Below are positions 38,557-48,999 of a stretch of 64,000 bases of DNA, piece after piece; the first letter of the stretch is position 1, and each line of letters begins with the position of its first letter. The translations under genes were made by a program, and so were the position numbers. Source of the stretch: an uncultured Actinomycetota bacterium (GTDB lineage: Bacteria > Actinomycetota > Actinomycetes > Propionibacteriales > Nocardioidaceae); assembly GCA_963740115.1 (NCBI GenBank), contig CAVUCQ010000001.1, forward strand, positions 245,098 through 309,097. Reading direction: 5' to 3'. Under the pieces are notes generated by a model, which was given only the letters and a program-made list of their open reading frames with translations, was not told the origin of the DNA and ran no database searches.

Positions 38557-39885
38557 GTGCATGCGACGACAATCGTCGGCGTGAGCTCCTCCGCCTCCCT
38601 GAGCACCTTCTGGTCCCAGCTGTCCCGGGAGGGACGATGGTTGCTCTCGACCGTCGCGATCCAGACCCTCGGCAGGGGCCTCACCCTTCCCTTCACGATC
38701 ATCTACCTCCACGAGGTGCGCGGGTTCTCGCTGGACCTGTCCGGGGCGCTCATGTCCTTCATCGCGGTCGTGGCCCTGGCCGTGACCGGACCCGGCGGTG
38801 CGCTGACCGACCGGATCGGGGCCCGCCGCATGCTGCTGGTCGCGACCACGTCGCAGATGGTCGGCTGCACGATCCTGGCCTTCGCGACGACGCCGCTCGT
38901 GGCCGCCCTCGGCTTCGTGTTCCTCGGGATCAACTTCGGTGTCGCGTGGCCGGCCTTCAACTCGCTCATCGCGGCGGTCACCACGGGCGACATGCGCCAG
39001 CAGTACTTCGGCGTCAACTTCGCCCTCGTCAACCTCGGGATCGGTGTCGGCGGCGTGATCGGTGGCATGTACGCCGACGTCGGCGACCCCCGCACGTTCA
39101 CTGTCATCTTCCTCGCCGACGCCGCCAGCATGCTGGTCCCGATCGCCCTCCTGCTCGGCCCGCTCCGCCACATCTCCGGGGTGCACGAGGCGCCCGACGA
39201 CGCCGACGCCGCTGCGGGGTCCTACGTCGCCATCCTGCGCAAGCCGGCCGTGCTGTGGATGACAGCCCTCACCTTCATCGCGGTCTTCGTGGGCTACGCG
39301 CAGATGGAGGCCGGCTTTCCCGCCTTCGCGCGAGAGGTGGGCGAGGTCTCGACCCGCGTGATCGGCTTCTCGTTCGCGGTCAACACGGCCGTCATCGTCT
39401 GCCTGCAGTTCCTGGTGCTGCGTCGCATCGCGGGCCGCCGCCGCACGCGGGTGATGATCGTGATGGCGGGCGTGTGGGCCGTCTCCTGGCTGGTGCTCGG
39501 CGCGACGGCGCTGGGCCCCAGCGCGGTCGCTGCGGCCGGCGTCCTGGCGTTCGCCGGCATCTTCGCACTCGGCGAGACGATGCTCCAGCCGACCGTCCCT
39601 GCCATCACCAACGACATGGCGCCCGACCACCTGCGCGGGCGCTACAACGCCGTCAACGCCGGCGCCTTCCAGGCCGGAGCCATCGCCGGCCCCGTCTTCG
39701 CCGGGCTGGTGCTCGACCGCGGCTGGTCCGCGGCCTACGTCGTCTCGATGGTCGCCGGGTGCGGCGTCATCGCCGTGCTGGCCCTCGTCGTGGAGCGCCT
39801 CGTCTCCCCGATCGTCAACGGGGTCTCCGATGCCCCTGCGGTGTCCGCCGACCCGGCCACGGGCGAGCCGACGCCCACGGGCTGA
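38557..39885 (+). CDS. MFS transporter (start uncertain: GTG 38557 or 38581)
   Basis: Motif ...LSREGRWLLSTVAIQTLGRGLTLPFTIIYLHEVRGFSL...GALTDRIGARRML.... About 12 hydrophobic segments. The N-terminal part of track ORF 37744..39885 is a shadow of citE. Confidence 0.8.
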   Translation: MHATTIVGVSSSASLSTFWSQLSREGRWLLSTVAIQTLGRGLTLPFTIIYLHEVRGFSLDLSGALMSFIAVVALAVTGPGGALTDRIGARRMLLVATTSQMVGCTILAFATTPLVAALGFVFLGINFGVAWPAFNSLIAAVTTGDMRQQYFGVNFALVNLGIGVGGVIGGMYADVGDPRTFTVIFLADAASMLVPIALLLGPLRHISGVHEAPDDADAAAGSYVAILRKPAVLWMTALTFIAVFVGYAQMEAGFPAFAREVGEVSTRVIGFSFAVNTAVIVCLQFLVLRRIAGRRRTRVMIVMAGVWAVSWLVLGATALGPSAVAAAGVLAFAGIFALGETMLQPTVPAITNDMAPDHLRGRYNAVNAGAFQAGAIAGPVFAGLVLDRGWSAAYVVSMVAGCGVIAVLALVVERLVSPIVNGVSDAPAVSADPATGEPTPTG

Positions 39886-39993
39886 GCCGGGGTCGCCTCA
39901 CCCCTAGGAGGCATCCGATTTCCCATGTGGTGCCGGCATCGGCAGAGTGGACCGGCCGCCCACAGTGGGCTGCTTCACAAGGAGGCAAAACAC

Positions 39994-40137
39994 ATGATTG
40001 TCCTCGGACTGATCCTGCTCATCCTCGGGCTTCTTCTGACCCAGAGCATCCTGACCACCATCGGCCTGATCCTCATCGTGGTCGGCCTGGTGCTCAACTT
40101 CGTTCCGATCGGCGGCTCCGCCCGCCGGGTCTGGTAG
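39994..40137 (+). CDS. 47-aa two-TM hydrophobic peptide
   Basis: A GGAGG RBS lies 8 nt before the ATG at 39994. Translation: MIVLGLILLILGLLLTQSILTTIGLILIVVGLVLNFVPIGGSARRVW. Confidence 0.5.
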   Translation: MIVLGLILLILGLLLTQSILTTIGLILIVVGLVLNFVPIGGSARRVW

Positions 40138-40162
40138 CGGCACAGCACGACAACAGCTCGAC

Positions 40163-40194
40163 GGGCCCCGGACACCAGCAGGTGTCCGGGGCCC
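40163..40194. terminator. 14-bp GC-rich hairpin between convergent genes (candidate bidirectional terminator)
   Basis: GGGCCCCGGACACC agca GGTGTCCGGGGCCC. Confidence 0.55.
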
Positions 40195-40253
40195 GGCTGT
40201 GTCCGGAGCTGCCACCGAGGCCGCGCCGGCGGCGCGACCTCGGTGCGCGCCGG

Positions 40254-41381
40254 TCACTCGTGCGGGTCGGGGATGAACGGCCCACGCTCTCGGATGGTGT
40301 CCGCGGGCACCGTGTCCCGGGTCCACAGCGATCCGTCCGCCGCGGCGCGCAGGATCGCCACGCCGGCCACCTCGGTCTGCTTCGCGATCATCCCGCTGCT
40401 CGCCTGGCCCATGTCGCCACGGGCCTCGTAGAGCACCGAGGCGGAGCCGAGCAGGCCGTAGGCGTTCCGGGCGATGCCGGGGAACGGGGTGCTCGGGTAG
40501 CGCGTGATGTTGGCGTAGCCCTTGCCCTCCAGGGCATCGAGCATCTCGGAGACCACCCTCTTGGAGTCGGTCACGACGCCGGCGAACTCCTCGCTGATGC
40601 CCAGGGCCGCGGCCTCCTCCTCGGCGTTCGGCCACATCACCGAGCCGGTGATCATGCGGCCGTCATCGTCGACGTAGGTCCCCTGGTGGTGGAAGTCCAC
40701 GACCAGTCGCGGTTGCCGCTCGTCCCACAGCAGCCGCATCGCGATCGCCTCGGGCACCGGGTTGTTCGTGTCCGGCCCCGGCTGGTACGGGTGGTCGTAG
40801 GCGCTCGCGGAGTAGGAGTGGTAGCGGTTGATGTCGTAGCCGCGACCGGCCTGGTAGAACTCGCAGAAGGCCGGGCAGGAGGTATCGAAGTTCTGCCGCC
40901 ACGGCGTCGTGTTGCCGGCCAGGTCGGTCACGTCGGCGTCGAACCCGTCGACGTTGACGCGCGGAACGATCGTGACGGTGAGTGCGTCTCGGATCGCCGC
41001 AGCCTGTGCGGAGCCGCCGGCGAGCCCGCGGATGACGCTGATCATGGCGTTGGAGACGATGTACTCGTCGCCGTGCTGGTTGGCGACGAACATGACGTCG
41101 GTGTCACCGTCGCCGATCGTCACGACCGGGATCTCCCGGCCGGTGTTGGAGGTCAACGGTGCCGGGCTGAGGTCGAAGCTGCCCTTCGCCCGGCCCTCGA
41201 TCGACTCCAGGGTGCTCCAGAGCTGTTCGTAGCTGCGGATGGCGTTGGTGTTCTCCTCCCCCTGCGGCCAGGGGCCACCCGGGACGATGACCGGGTCGGC
41301 CGTGGCAGGCGGTAGCAGGGCCAGGGTGAGCGGCAGGACGGCGGCAGCAGCGGCGGCTGCGAGCAGGCGCGGACGGATCAC
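40254..41381 (-). CDS. M14 family zinc carboxypeptidase, secreted
   Basis: The GTG at 41381 follows GGGAGG. Signal peptide: VIRPRLLAAAAAAAVLPLTLALLPPATA. Motifs: ANQHGDEYI (HxxE) and VVDFHHQG. Confidence 0.8.
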   Translation of the reverse strand: MIRPRLLAAAAAAAVLPLTLALLPPATADPVIVPGGPWPQGEENTNAIRSYEQLWSTLESIEGRAKGSFDLSPAPLTSNTGREIPVVTIGDGDTDVMFVANQHGDEYIVSNAMISVIRGLAGGSAQAAAIRDALTVTIVPRVNVDGFDADVTDLAGNTTPWRQNFDTSCPAFCEFYQAGRGYDINRYHSYSASAYDHPYQPGPDTNNPVPEAIAMRLLWDERQPRLVVDFHHQGTYVDDDGRMITGSVMWPNAEEEAAALGISEEFAGVVTDSKRVVSEMLDALEGKGYANITRYPSTPFPGIARNAYGLLGSASVLYEARGDMGQASSGMIAKQTEVAGVAILRAAADGSLWTRDTVPADTIRERGPFIPDPHE

Positions 41382-41526
41382 GAAAACCTCCCGATAGGTT
41401 CTGCGACGAAATGAGGCTCCATCCCACGCAGCCTCGGCTCCGGGTGTCAACGCCTCCCCATCGGTAACTTCCGAGGTCCTCGCGGCCGAGGTGTCGAGAC
41501 GCGTCGGTCCTCGACCTCCCCTGCCC

Positions 41527-43275
41527 CTACTCGGACATCGGCACCTTCACGCCCCGCTCCTCGGCGACCTCGATCGCGCGGTCGTAGCCGGCGTCGACGT
41601 GGCGGATGACGCCCATGCCGGGGTCGTTGGTGAGCACGCGCTCGATCTTCTCCGCGGCCAGCTCGGTGCCGTCGGCGACCGTGACCTGGCCGGCGTGGAG
41701 CGAGCGACCGATGCCGACACCGCCGCCGTGGTGGAACGACACCCACGTCGCGCCGGAGGCGGTGTTGACGAGGGCGTTCAGGATCGCCCAGTCGGCGATG
41801 GCGTCGGAGCCGTCGAGCATGGCCTCCGTCTCGCGGTAGGGCGACGCGACCGAGCCGCAGTCGAGGTGGTCGCGGCCGATCACGATGGGCGCCTTCAGCT
41901 CGCCGCTGGCCACCATCTCGTTGAACTTGGCGCCGGCTCGGGCACGGTCGCCGTAGCCCAGCCAGCAGATCCGCGCCGGAAGCCCCTGGAACTGCACGCG
42001 CTCCGACGCCAGGTCGAGCCACTTGTGCAGGCGGGCGTACTCCGGCTTCTCGTCGGCGGGGAAGAGCTCCTTGATGGCCCGGTCGGTGGCATGGATGTCG
42101 GCGGGGTCGCCGGACAGCGCGGCCCACCGGAACGGGCCCTTGCCCTCGCAGAACAGCGGCCGGATGTAGGCCGGGACGAAGCCGGGGAACTCGAAGGCCC
42201 GGTCGTAGCCGCCCTTGCGGGCCTCGTCACGGATGGAGTTGCCGTAGTCGAACACCTCGGCGCCGGCGTCCTGGAGCTCCACCATCGCGCGGACGTGGCG
42301 GGCCATGGACTCCTGGCTGCGCTTGGTGAAGCCGCGCGGGTCCTCGGTGCGCTCGCGCTCCCAGTCGTCGTAGGACGTGCCGGCGGGGAGGTAGAACAGC
42401 GGGTCGTGTGCCGAGGTCTGGTCGGTGGCGATGTCGACGAGCGGACCGTCGCCCCTCCCGACCCGGTCGAGGTGGCGCTCGAGCAGCTCGGGCAGCAGGT
42501 CGGCTGCGTTGCCGAGGACGCCGATCGACAGCCCGCGGCGCTCGTCGCGGGCCTCGAGGGCCAGCTCGATCGCGTGGTCGAGGTCGCGGGCCTGCACGTC
42601 GAGGTAGCGGGTCTCCAGCCGCCGGTCGATGCGGTGCTGGTCGCACTCGATGCAGATCGCGACGCCGTCGTTCATGGTCACCGCCAGCGGCTGGGCGCCG
42701 CCCATGCCGCCGAGGCCGGCGGTGACGGTGATGGTGCCGGCGAGGGTGCCGCCGTACTTCTTGTCCGCGATCGCGGCGAACGTCTCGAAGGTGCCCTGCA
42801 GGATGCCCTGCGTGCCGATGTAGATCCACGAGCCGGCCGTCATCTGGCCGTACATCGTCAGGCCGAGGTCCTCGAGCCGGCGGAACTCCTCCCAGTCGGC
42901 CCAGTCGCCGACCAGGTTGGAGTTGGCGATCAGGACGCGCGGCGCCCACGTGTGGGTGCGCATGATGCCGACCGGCTTGCCGGACTGCACGAGCAGCGTC
43001 TCGTCGTCCTCGAGGTCGCGCAGGGAGCGGACGATGGCGTCGTACGCCGGCCAGCTGCGGGCCGCCTTGCCGGTGCCGCCGTAGACCACGAGGTCCGCCG
43101 GGTTCTCGGCGTTGTCGGGGTCGAGGTTGTTCATCAGCATCCGGAGCGGCGCCTCGGTCTGCCACGACTTCGCGGTCAGCTCGGTGCCGCGAGCGGCACG
43201 GATGGGCAGCCTGTCGTTGGTCGAGGAGGGCGCGCTCGCGCCCGTCACGAGACCGGTGTCTGTGTTGTCGCTCAT
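41527..43275 (-). CDS. hutU: urocanate hydratase
   Basis: 582 aa. Motifs: ...[13 protein letters not shown]...[14 protein letters not shown]... Confidence 0.95.
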   Translation of the reverse strand: MSDNTDTGLVTGASAPSSTNDRLPIRAARGTELTAKSWQTEAPLRMLMNNLDPDNAENPADLVVYGGTGKAARSWPAYDAIVRSLRDLEDDETLLVQSGKPVGIMRTHTWAPRVLIANSNLVGDWADWEEFRRLEDLGLTMYGQMTAGSWIYIGTQGILQGTFETFAAIADKKYGGTLAGTITVTAGLGGMGGAQPLAVTMNDGVAICIECDQHRIDRRLETRYLDVQARDLDHAIELALEARDERRGLSIGVLGNAADLLPELLERHLDRVGRGDGPLVDIATDQTSAHDPLFYLPAGTSYDDWERERTEDPRGFTKRSQESMARHVRAMVELQDAGAEVFDYGNSIRDEARKGGYDRAFEFPGFVPAYIRPLFCEGKGPFRWAALSGDPADIHATDRAIKELFPADEKPEYARLHKWLDLASERVQFQGLPARICWLGYGDRARAGAKFNEMVASGELKAPIVIGRDHLDCGSVASPYRETEAMLDGSDAIADWAILNALVNTASGATWVSFHHGGGVGIGRSLHAGQVTVADGTELAAEKIERVLTNDPGMGVIRHVDAGYDRAIEVAEERGVKVPMSE

Positions 43276-44819
43276 GGGAGCTCTCCGATCACGGATTCGG
43301 CGGCGGCGAGCACCGCGCCGGACTGGACGAGGTCGACGGCGGCCTCGATCTCGGGCGAGAGGTGGCGGTCGGGGCCGGGACCCTCGATGCCGGCGCCGCG
43401 CAGCAGCGCCACGACGGCCGCCGTGGCGGGTGACGGCGTGAGCGGGGCGCGCAGGTCGAGGGCACGGGCCGCGGTGAGCACCTCGACGGCGACGACGCGC
43501 GAGAGTCCGTCGACACTGCGGCGCAGCTTGCGCGCGGCGTTCCAGCCCATCGACACGTGGTCCTCCTGCATGGCGCTGGAGGGGATCGAGTCCACCGACG
43601 CGGGCACGGCCAGCCGCTTGAGCTCGGACACGATCGCGGCCTGGGTGTACTGGGCGATCATGTGGCCGCTGTCGACGCCCGGGTCGTCGGCGAGGAACGG
43701 CGGCAGGCCGTGGCTGCGGGCCCTGTCGAGGAACCGGTCCGTGCGCCGCTCGCTGATCGAGGCCACGTCGGCGGCGACGATCGCGAGGAAGTCGAGGACG
43801 TAGCCGATCGGGGCGCCGTGGAAGTTGCCGTTGGACTCCACCGTCTGGCCCAGGACCACGGGATTGTCGATCGCGCTGGCCAGCTCGCGGCCGGCGACCA
43901 CGGCCGCATGCTCGACGGTGTCGCGGGCGGCTCCGTGCACCTGCGGCGAGCAGCGCAGCGAGTACGCGTCCTGGACGCGGTTGCAGTCGCCGGTCCGGTG
44001 GGAGGCGACGACGGCGGAGTCGGCCATCAGGGCTGTGAGGTTGGCGGCCGAGAGGGCCTGACCGGGGTGGGGGCGGATCGCCTGCAGCTCGGGGGAGAAC
44101 ACCCGGTCGGTGCCGAGCTGGCCCTCGACGCTCATCGCCGCCGCGACGTCCGCGGTGCGCAGCAGCCTCCGCAGGTCGGTGATCGCCATGACCAGCATGC
44201 CGAGCATGCCGTCGGTGCCGTTGATGAGGGCGAGTCCCTCCTTGGCGACGAGCTCCACCGGCGCCAGACCGGCCGCGGCGAGCGCCTCGGCAGCGGGCAC
44301 GAGCGTCCCCGACGCGTCACGGACCTCGCCCTCGCCCATGAGCGCGAGCGCGCAGTGCGACAGGGGCGCTAGGTCGCCGGAACAGCCCAGTGATCCGTAC
44401 TCCCGCACCACGGGCGTGATGCCGTGGGACAGCAGGTCGGCGATCAGCTGCGCCGTCTCACGCCGTACGCCGGTGCGACCGGTCGCGAGCGTGGACAGGC
44501 GCAGCAGCATGAGGGCGCGCACCACCTCGCGCTCCACCTCGGGACCGGAGCCGGCGGCGTGGGAGCGGACGAGGGAGCGCTGCAGCTGCGCGCGCATCTC
44601 GGTCGGGATGTGGCGGGTGGCCAGTGCTCCGAAGCCGGTGCTGACGCCGTAGGTCGGCGTCTCGGCCGCCGCCAGCGCCTCGATGACACCGCGGGCGTGG
44701 TCGATCGCGCCGAGCGCCTCGGCACTCAGCTCGACCGGTGCGCCGTCGCGGGCGACGCGGATGAGGTCCTCGAACGAGACGGGGCCGACCCCGACCTGGA
44801 TGGTCTGCATGGCTCTCAT
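43272..44819 (-). CDS. hutH: histidine ammonia-lyase
   Basis: 515 aa. It contains [14 protein letters not shown]; a Cys replaces the Ala of the usual ASG MIO-forming triad. Confidence 0.95.
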   Translation of the reverse strand: MRAMQTIQVGVGPVSFEDLIRVARDGAPVELSAEALGAIDHARGVIEALAAAETPTYGVSTGFGALATRHIPTEMRAQLQRSLVRSHAAGSGPEVEREVVRALMLLRLSTLATGRTGVRRETAQLIADLLSHGITPVVREYGSLGCSGDLAPLSHCALALMGEGEVRDASGTLVPAAEALAAAGLAPVELVAKEGLALINGTDGMLGMLVMAITDLRRLLRTADVAAAMSVEGQLGTDRVFSPELQAIRPHPGQALSAANLTALMADSAVVASHRTGDCNRVQDAYSLRCSPQVHGAARDTVEHAAVVAGRELASAIDNPVVLGQTVESNGNFHGAPIGYVLDFLAIVAADVASISERRTDRFLDRARSHGLPPFLADDPGVDSGHMIAQYTQAAIVSELKRLAVPASVDSIPSSAMQEDHVSMGWNAARKLRRSVDGLSRVVAVEVLTAARALDLRAPLTPSPATAAVVALLRGAGIEGPGPDRHLSPEIEAAVDLVQSGAVLAAAESVIGELP

Positions 44820-44960
44820 CCAACTCCCGGGCCGACGCGCTGAACAGCCCGCGGCCGCGTCCGCTGTCTCGGATCCCAGACCCCGGGAAGGTTCGGTCGG
44901 TCCCGGCTAGGTCTGGACCAGAATGCGGCCCCCCACGCGCCGGTCTACCGTCGAGAGCGG

Positions 44961-45671
44961 GTGGGAGGAGGAGCCGTGCCGGACATCGTGCTGAGCGAGC
45001 GGGAGCAGGAGAGCCTGCGCCGGCTGATGTCCCTGGAAGCCACCCCCGGCTCGTTGCCCCCGGGGACGGTCCTGGCCGACGTCGTCCGTCTCATCCCGTG
45101 CGACGCTCTCGAGATCGGTCTGTCCGACGCTACGGGCTACATCCTCGATCACGTGGTGCTGCCTGCCACCGCACTGGCCGACACGGATCCCCAGGTGTGC
45201 GACGGTCCCCTGATGCTCGGGTTGGTGCACCAGGGCCGCCACCCCGTCGAGCGGGAGGTGCTGCGGCGCCTCGGGATCGTCGACGGGATCACGCTCGGCT
45301 TCCGGTGCGGACCCGACCACGTGGTGCAGCTCGCGATGGACCGCTACACACGGGCCTTCTCCGAGCGCGACCTCGCGATGCTCAGGATGATCAGTCCTGT
45401 GCTCCGGCGATTGATGCGCACGCACCAGACGGTCGTGCTGCCGGCCTCGCTGACCATCACCGAGCGACGCGTGCTGCAGCTCGTGGCCACCGGCCGCTCC
45501 AACTCCGAGATCGCGGCCGACCTCTACGTCTCCGTGGCCACCGTCCGCAAGCACCTCGAGCACACCTACCGCAAGCTGGGCGTGCACAGCCGGATGGCCG
45601 CCGTGGTCGCGTTCGGCGGCGGTCCGCTGGGACAGGTCGCCCCCGCGCACCTGGCGGACGAATACGCCTGA
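44961..45671 (+). CDS. LuxR family transcriptional regulator
   Basis: C-terminal HTH: LTITERRVLQLVATGRSNSEIAADLYVSVATVRKHLEHTYRKLGV. Confidence 0.8.
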   Translation: MGGGAVPDIVLSEREQESLRRLMSLEATPGSLPPGTVLADVVRLIPCDALEIGLSDATGYILDHVVLPATALADTDPQVCDGPLMLGLVHQGRHPVEREVLRRLGIVDGITLGFRCGPDHVVQLAMDRYTRAFSERDLAMLRMISPVLRRLMRTHQTVVLPASLTITERRVLQLVATGRSNSEIAADLYVSVATVRKHLEHTYRKLGVHSRMAAVVAFGGGPLGQVAPAHLADEYA

Positions 45672-45742
45672 AGGCGAATAGCCCACGCACCGACGTGTCG
45701 CTTCACTCGGATGACCACCGTCTCCGATCGACAGGCACGCCC

Positions 45743-46975
45743 ATGCGCTCACCCCGACGTACCCTCGTGGCGCTCGCCGCCAGCACCCTCCTCGCCCCCC
45801 TGCTCGTGGCCGCGGGCAGTGCCCCGGCCGGCGCGAAGCGGGTCGACCCTCCGGAGGACCACCTCACGGCGTCCGCCGTCGCCGTCGCCTGGCAGCGAGT
45901 CGCCATCCGGACCATCTACACCGAGGCCGGCCTCGCGCCGCCCCTGGGCGCGCTCTACCTCTCGTTCACGTCCCGGGCGGTGTACGACGCCACGTTGGAA
46001 GGGCACCGGCACGGACGTGTCGCGGCCACGGCGGCGGTGGCACGGGCCGCCCACGACGTCCTGATGGCCTACTTCCCAGCGGCAACCCAGAGGCTTGACG
46101 CGGACCTGGCCCTGACGTTGGCCGGGCTGCCGGACGGGCGCAAGGCCGACCTCGGCGAGGACATCGGGGCCGATGCGGCCGCAGCGATGGTCAGCTCGAG
46201 GGTCGGCGACGGTCGGGGTGACACCTCCATCGTCTACAGCAAGCCGGCGGCGCCTGGCGTGTGGCAGCCGCCCGCGACCGGGATGGCGCTGCCGTGGCTC
46301 GGCTTCGTCGACCCGGTCATCGACGTGGCACCTGTGGCGCTCGACGGGACGGACGGCCTCACCAGTGCGGCGTACACGGCCGACTGGCTCGAGGTCCGCC
46401 GCCTCGGATCCCTGAATTCCACGGACAGGTCGGCCGACCAGACGGAGGTCGCGCGGTTCTTCGCCAACAACCCGATCCCCATGTACCGCGATGCCCTGTG
46501 CCGCTACCTCGACGCTGAACCACTGGGCCTCGTGCCGCTCACCCGGATGTTCGCCCGCATCGACACCGCCGTCGCGACGACCGTCATCGAGACCTGGCGG
46601 CTGAAGTACGACCTCGGCTTCTGGCGCCCCTTCCAGGCCATCCAGCAGGCCGACACCGACTCCAACCCCGCGACCACCGCGGACGCGGGCTGGATGCCCC
46701 TCATCGCGAATCCTGCCTACTCCGACTACACGAGCGGCCATGCCTCCGCCACGGCGCCCTTCGCCGAGGTCCTGCGACAGACGCTCGGTGACGACGTCTC
46801 CCTCGTGCTCCGCGCGACCGGGCGTGCGGACCGCACGTACGCCACCCTGACCGCTCTCGAGCACGACGCGCTCCACGCCCGGATCTGGGGTGGCCTGCAC
46901 TTCCGCGACGCGATGGACGACGGCTACCACCTCGGTCACACGACGGCGGAGCAGGTGATGCGGGCCCTGCGCTGA
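45743..46975 (+). CDS. vanadium-dependent haloperoxidase / PAP2 superfamily protein, secreted
   Basis: Signal peptide: MRSPRRTLVALAASTLLAPLLVAAGSAPAGA. Motifs: KYDLGFWRP, YTSGHAS, and ARIWGGLHFRDAMDDG. Confidence 0.75.
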   Translation: MRSPRRTLVALAASTLLAPLLVAAGSAPAGAKRVDPPEDHLTASAVAVAWQRVAIRTIYTEAGLAPPLGALYLSFTSRAVYDATLEGHRHGRVAATAAVARAAHDVLMAYFPAATQRLDADLALTLAGLPDGRKADLGEDIGADAAAAMVSSRVGDGRGDTSIVYSKPAAPGVWQPPATGMALPWLGFVDPVIDVAPVALDGTDGLTSAAYTADWLEVRRLGSLNSTDRSADQTEVARFFANNPIPMYRDALCRYLDAEPLGLVPLTRMFARIDTAVATTVIETWRLKYDLGFWRPFQAIQQADTDSNPATTADAGWMPLIANPAYSDYTSGHASATAPFAEVLRQTLGDDVSLVLRATGRADRTYATLTALEHDALHARIWGGLHFRDAMDDGYHLGHTTAEQVMRALR

Positions 46976-47077
46976 GCATCCCACCCGTAGGGAGGAAGCC
47001 ACAGCGCACGCTCCTCCGGCTTGTGGCACGGTGAGTCCCGGCGACCCGTCCGAGGTCGCCGGAGCAGGAGGAACGCC

Positions 47078-47515
47078 ATGGAAGCGACCGAGTGGATCAT
47101 CGTGCTGGTCGTCGTCCTTGTCGTGGCGGCGCTCGCCGCCTGGCTGGTGACCCAGCAGCGCAAGAAGAAGCAGCACGAGCATGCCGAGAGCCTGCGGCAG
47201 GAAGCCCACCAGCACGCCAGCGAGCTCCCCGAGACGCAGGTGCGCGCCAAGGAGGCGGAGGCCCAGGCCGAGCGGTCGCGGCTCGAGGCCGAGCGCGCCG
47301 CGCAGCAGGCCCGGGAGGCGCAGGTCGCCGCCACGCAGCAGCAGGCGGTGCACGAGGACCGGCTGCGTACCGCCGACCAGATCGACCCGCACGTCGACAC
47401 GACGTCCGACGACTACACCCCGGGCGCCGGCGTGAGAGACGACCGCGACACCACGACGCTCGACGCCGACGACCCGCACCGCACCGACGGCTCGGAGGGG
47501 ACGCACCGCACCTGA
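47078..47515 (+). CDS. single-pass membrane protein with Ala/Glu/Gln coiled coil (paralogue 1)
   Basis: An AGGAGG RBS precedes the start. Translation: MEATEWIIVLVVVLVVAALAAWLVTQQRKKK...AKEAEAQAERSRLEAERAAQQAREAQVAA...ADQIDPHVDTTSDDY. Confidence 0.55.
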   Translation: MEATEWIIVLVVVLVVAALAAWLVTQQRKKKQHEHAESLRQEAHQHASELPETQVRAKEAEAQAERSRLEAERAAQQAREAQVAATQQQAVHEDRLRTADQIDPHVDTTSDDYTPGAGVRDDRDTTTLDADDPHRTDGSEGTHRT

Positions 47516-47530
47516 GCCGTACCGCACCAT

Positions 47531-47574
47531 CTGTCAGTGGGCGCGGCGCTGGACATCGCCGCGCCCACTGACAG
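47531..47574. terminator. perfect 18-bp stem / 8-nt loop hairpin after paralogue 1
   Basis: CTGTCAGTGGGCGCGGCG ctggacat CGCCGCGCCCACTGACAG. No T-tract follows. Confidence 0.6.
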
Positions 47575-47608
47575 ACTGAGGACCTCCCTGTCCTACGAGA
47601 GGTGCCTC

Positions 47609-48213
47609 GTGAACGTGCCCGTCATTCTCATCCTCATCGTCATCGTCATCGCTGCCGCGGCGGCCCTCGTGCTCCGTCACAACAACAAGCAGGCCAACAT
47701 CACGCGCGCCGACAACCTGCGGACGCATGCCGCCGCTCAGGCACAGACCACGCTGCCACCGGTCCAGGACCGCGCCGCGGAGGCAGAGGCGAAGGCGGAG
47801 GAGGCCCGTGCTGCCGCCGAGCGCGCCCAGGCCGAGGCGGAGGAGGCCAGGGTCGCCGCGCTGCAGGCCGAGGCCGAGCACGAGGCCCAGATCAGGGCCG
47901 CCGACCGGCTCGACCCCCGGGTCGACCACAAGGCCGACGACTACGCGCCCCAGGTCGGCGGCACCGTGGACCAGCAGCCCGCCGGCCCGGCCGACACGGA
48001 CGCGTCACCCGACGCTGCTCCGGTGGAGGACACCGCACCGAGCCCACCACCGAGCCCACCACCGAGCCCACCACCGAGACCGCCCAGGACCCCGACGCCC
48101 CCCTGCTGCCGCAGCGCAACCCCGGCACGCACGAGATGCCGGGCAAGCCGCTCGAAGCCGAGGGCGGCAGCGGTGGGTGGTTCACCCGCAAGGACGAGTC
48201 CGACAAGGCCTGA
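47609..48213 (+). CDS. single-pass membrane protein with coiled coil (paralogue 2), probable frameshift at ~48036 next to a 12-nt tandem repeat
   Basis: The GTG at 47609 follows GAGAGG. Translation: VNVPVILILIVIVIAAAAALVLRHNNKQ...AEAEAKAEEARAAAERAQAEAEEARVAALQAEAEH...ADRLDPRVDHKADDY. After 48036, codon third positions favour the +2 frame, which reads TEPTTEPTTEPTTETAQDPDAPLLPQRNPGTHEMPGKPLEAEGGSGGWFTRKDESDKA* and ends at 48213. The original frame becomes Arg/Cys junk and ends at 48235. Confidence 0.5.
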
Positions 48214-48231
48214 CGTGCCACGACCCGCCCC

Positions 48232-48999
48232 GTGAGCCAGGTCCCTGCCGCCACCCGCACGTTGCGGGTCCTGCGGTTCCTGGCCACGCAGGCGGACCCG
48301 GTCCCGCTCGACCGCATCGTGCGCGCCTGCGACCTGCCGCGCAGCACGGCCTACCACCTGCTCAACACGATGATCGACGAGGGCTTCGTCGTGCACCTGC
48401 CCGACGAGCACCGCTACGGCCTCGGTGTCGCCGCCTTCGAGGTGGGGAGCGGCTTCACGCGCCAGGAGCCGCTCGCCCGGCTCGCCCGCCGTCCCCTGGC
48501 CGAGCTCGTCGACCGGACGGGGCACGGCGCGCACCTCGCGGTCCTGCACGGCCGCGACGTCCTCTACGTCATCGAGGAGCGCGCGCCCGGTCGACCGCCC
48601 CTGGTCACCGATGTCGGGGTACGGCTGCCGGCGCACCTCACCGCGTCGGGCCGGGCCGTCCTGGCCGCGCTGCCGGCCAGCCAGGTGCGCGCGCTCTACC
48701 CCGACCGCGACGCGTTCGTCGACCGGCACGGCAAGGGCCCGGCCTCGCTGAGCGCGCTGCGCACCGTGCTCGCCGCGACCCGGCAGCGCGGGCACGCCAC
48801 CGAGGACGGCGAGGTCACCCCCGGGCTGCAGAGCGTCGCGGCGGCCGTGCTCGACCACAACGCGCACCCGGTGGCCGGGGTGGCGGTGACCTTCCCCAGC
48901 GACGCCTCCGAGGACGTCGCGACGATCGCCGCAGCGGTGACCGCGACCGCGACCCGGCTGACCCGACGGGTCAGCGGCGCGGCAGCAGCTTCGCGTTGA
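48232..48999 (+). CDS. IclR family transcriptional regulator
   Basis: Motifs: TRTLRVLRFLATQADPVPLDRIVRACDLPRSTAYHLLNTMIDEGFV... and a C-terminal effector domain ...GHATEDGEVTPGLQSVAAAVLD. Confidence 0.9.
   Translation: MSQVPAATRTLRVLRFLATQADPVPLDRIVRACDLPRSTAYHLLNTMIDEGFVVHLPDEHRYGLGVAAFEVGSGFTRQEPLARLARRPLAELVDRTGHGAHLAVLHGRDVLYVIEERAPGRPPLVTDVGVRLPAHLTASGRAVLAALPASQVRALYPDRDAFVDRHGKGPASLSALRTVLAATRQRGHATEDGEVTPGLQSVAAAVLDHNAHPVAGVAVTFPSDASEDVATIAAAVTATATRLTRRVSGAAAASR

Noticed and set aside
38544-41315. 923-aa plus-strand ORF
   Set aside because: It is an out-of-frame read of the MFS gene that continues antisense to the M14 carboxypeptidase. The composition is Arg/Pro/Gly junk.
45749-47530. 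593-aa minus-strand ORF
   Set aside because: It is antisense to the haloperoxidase-like gene and paralogue 1. Both have signal/TM segments and family motifs on the plus strand.
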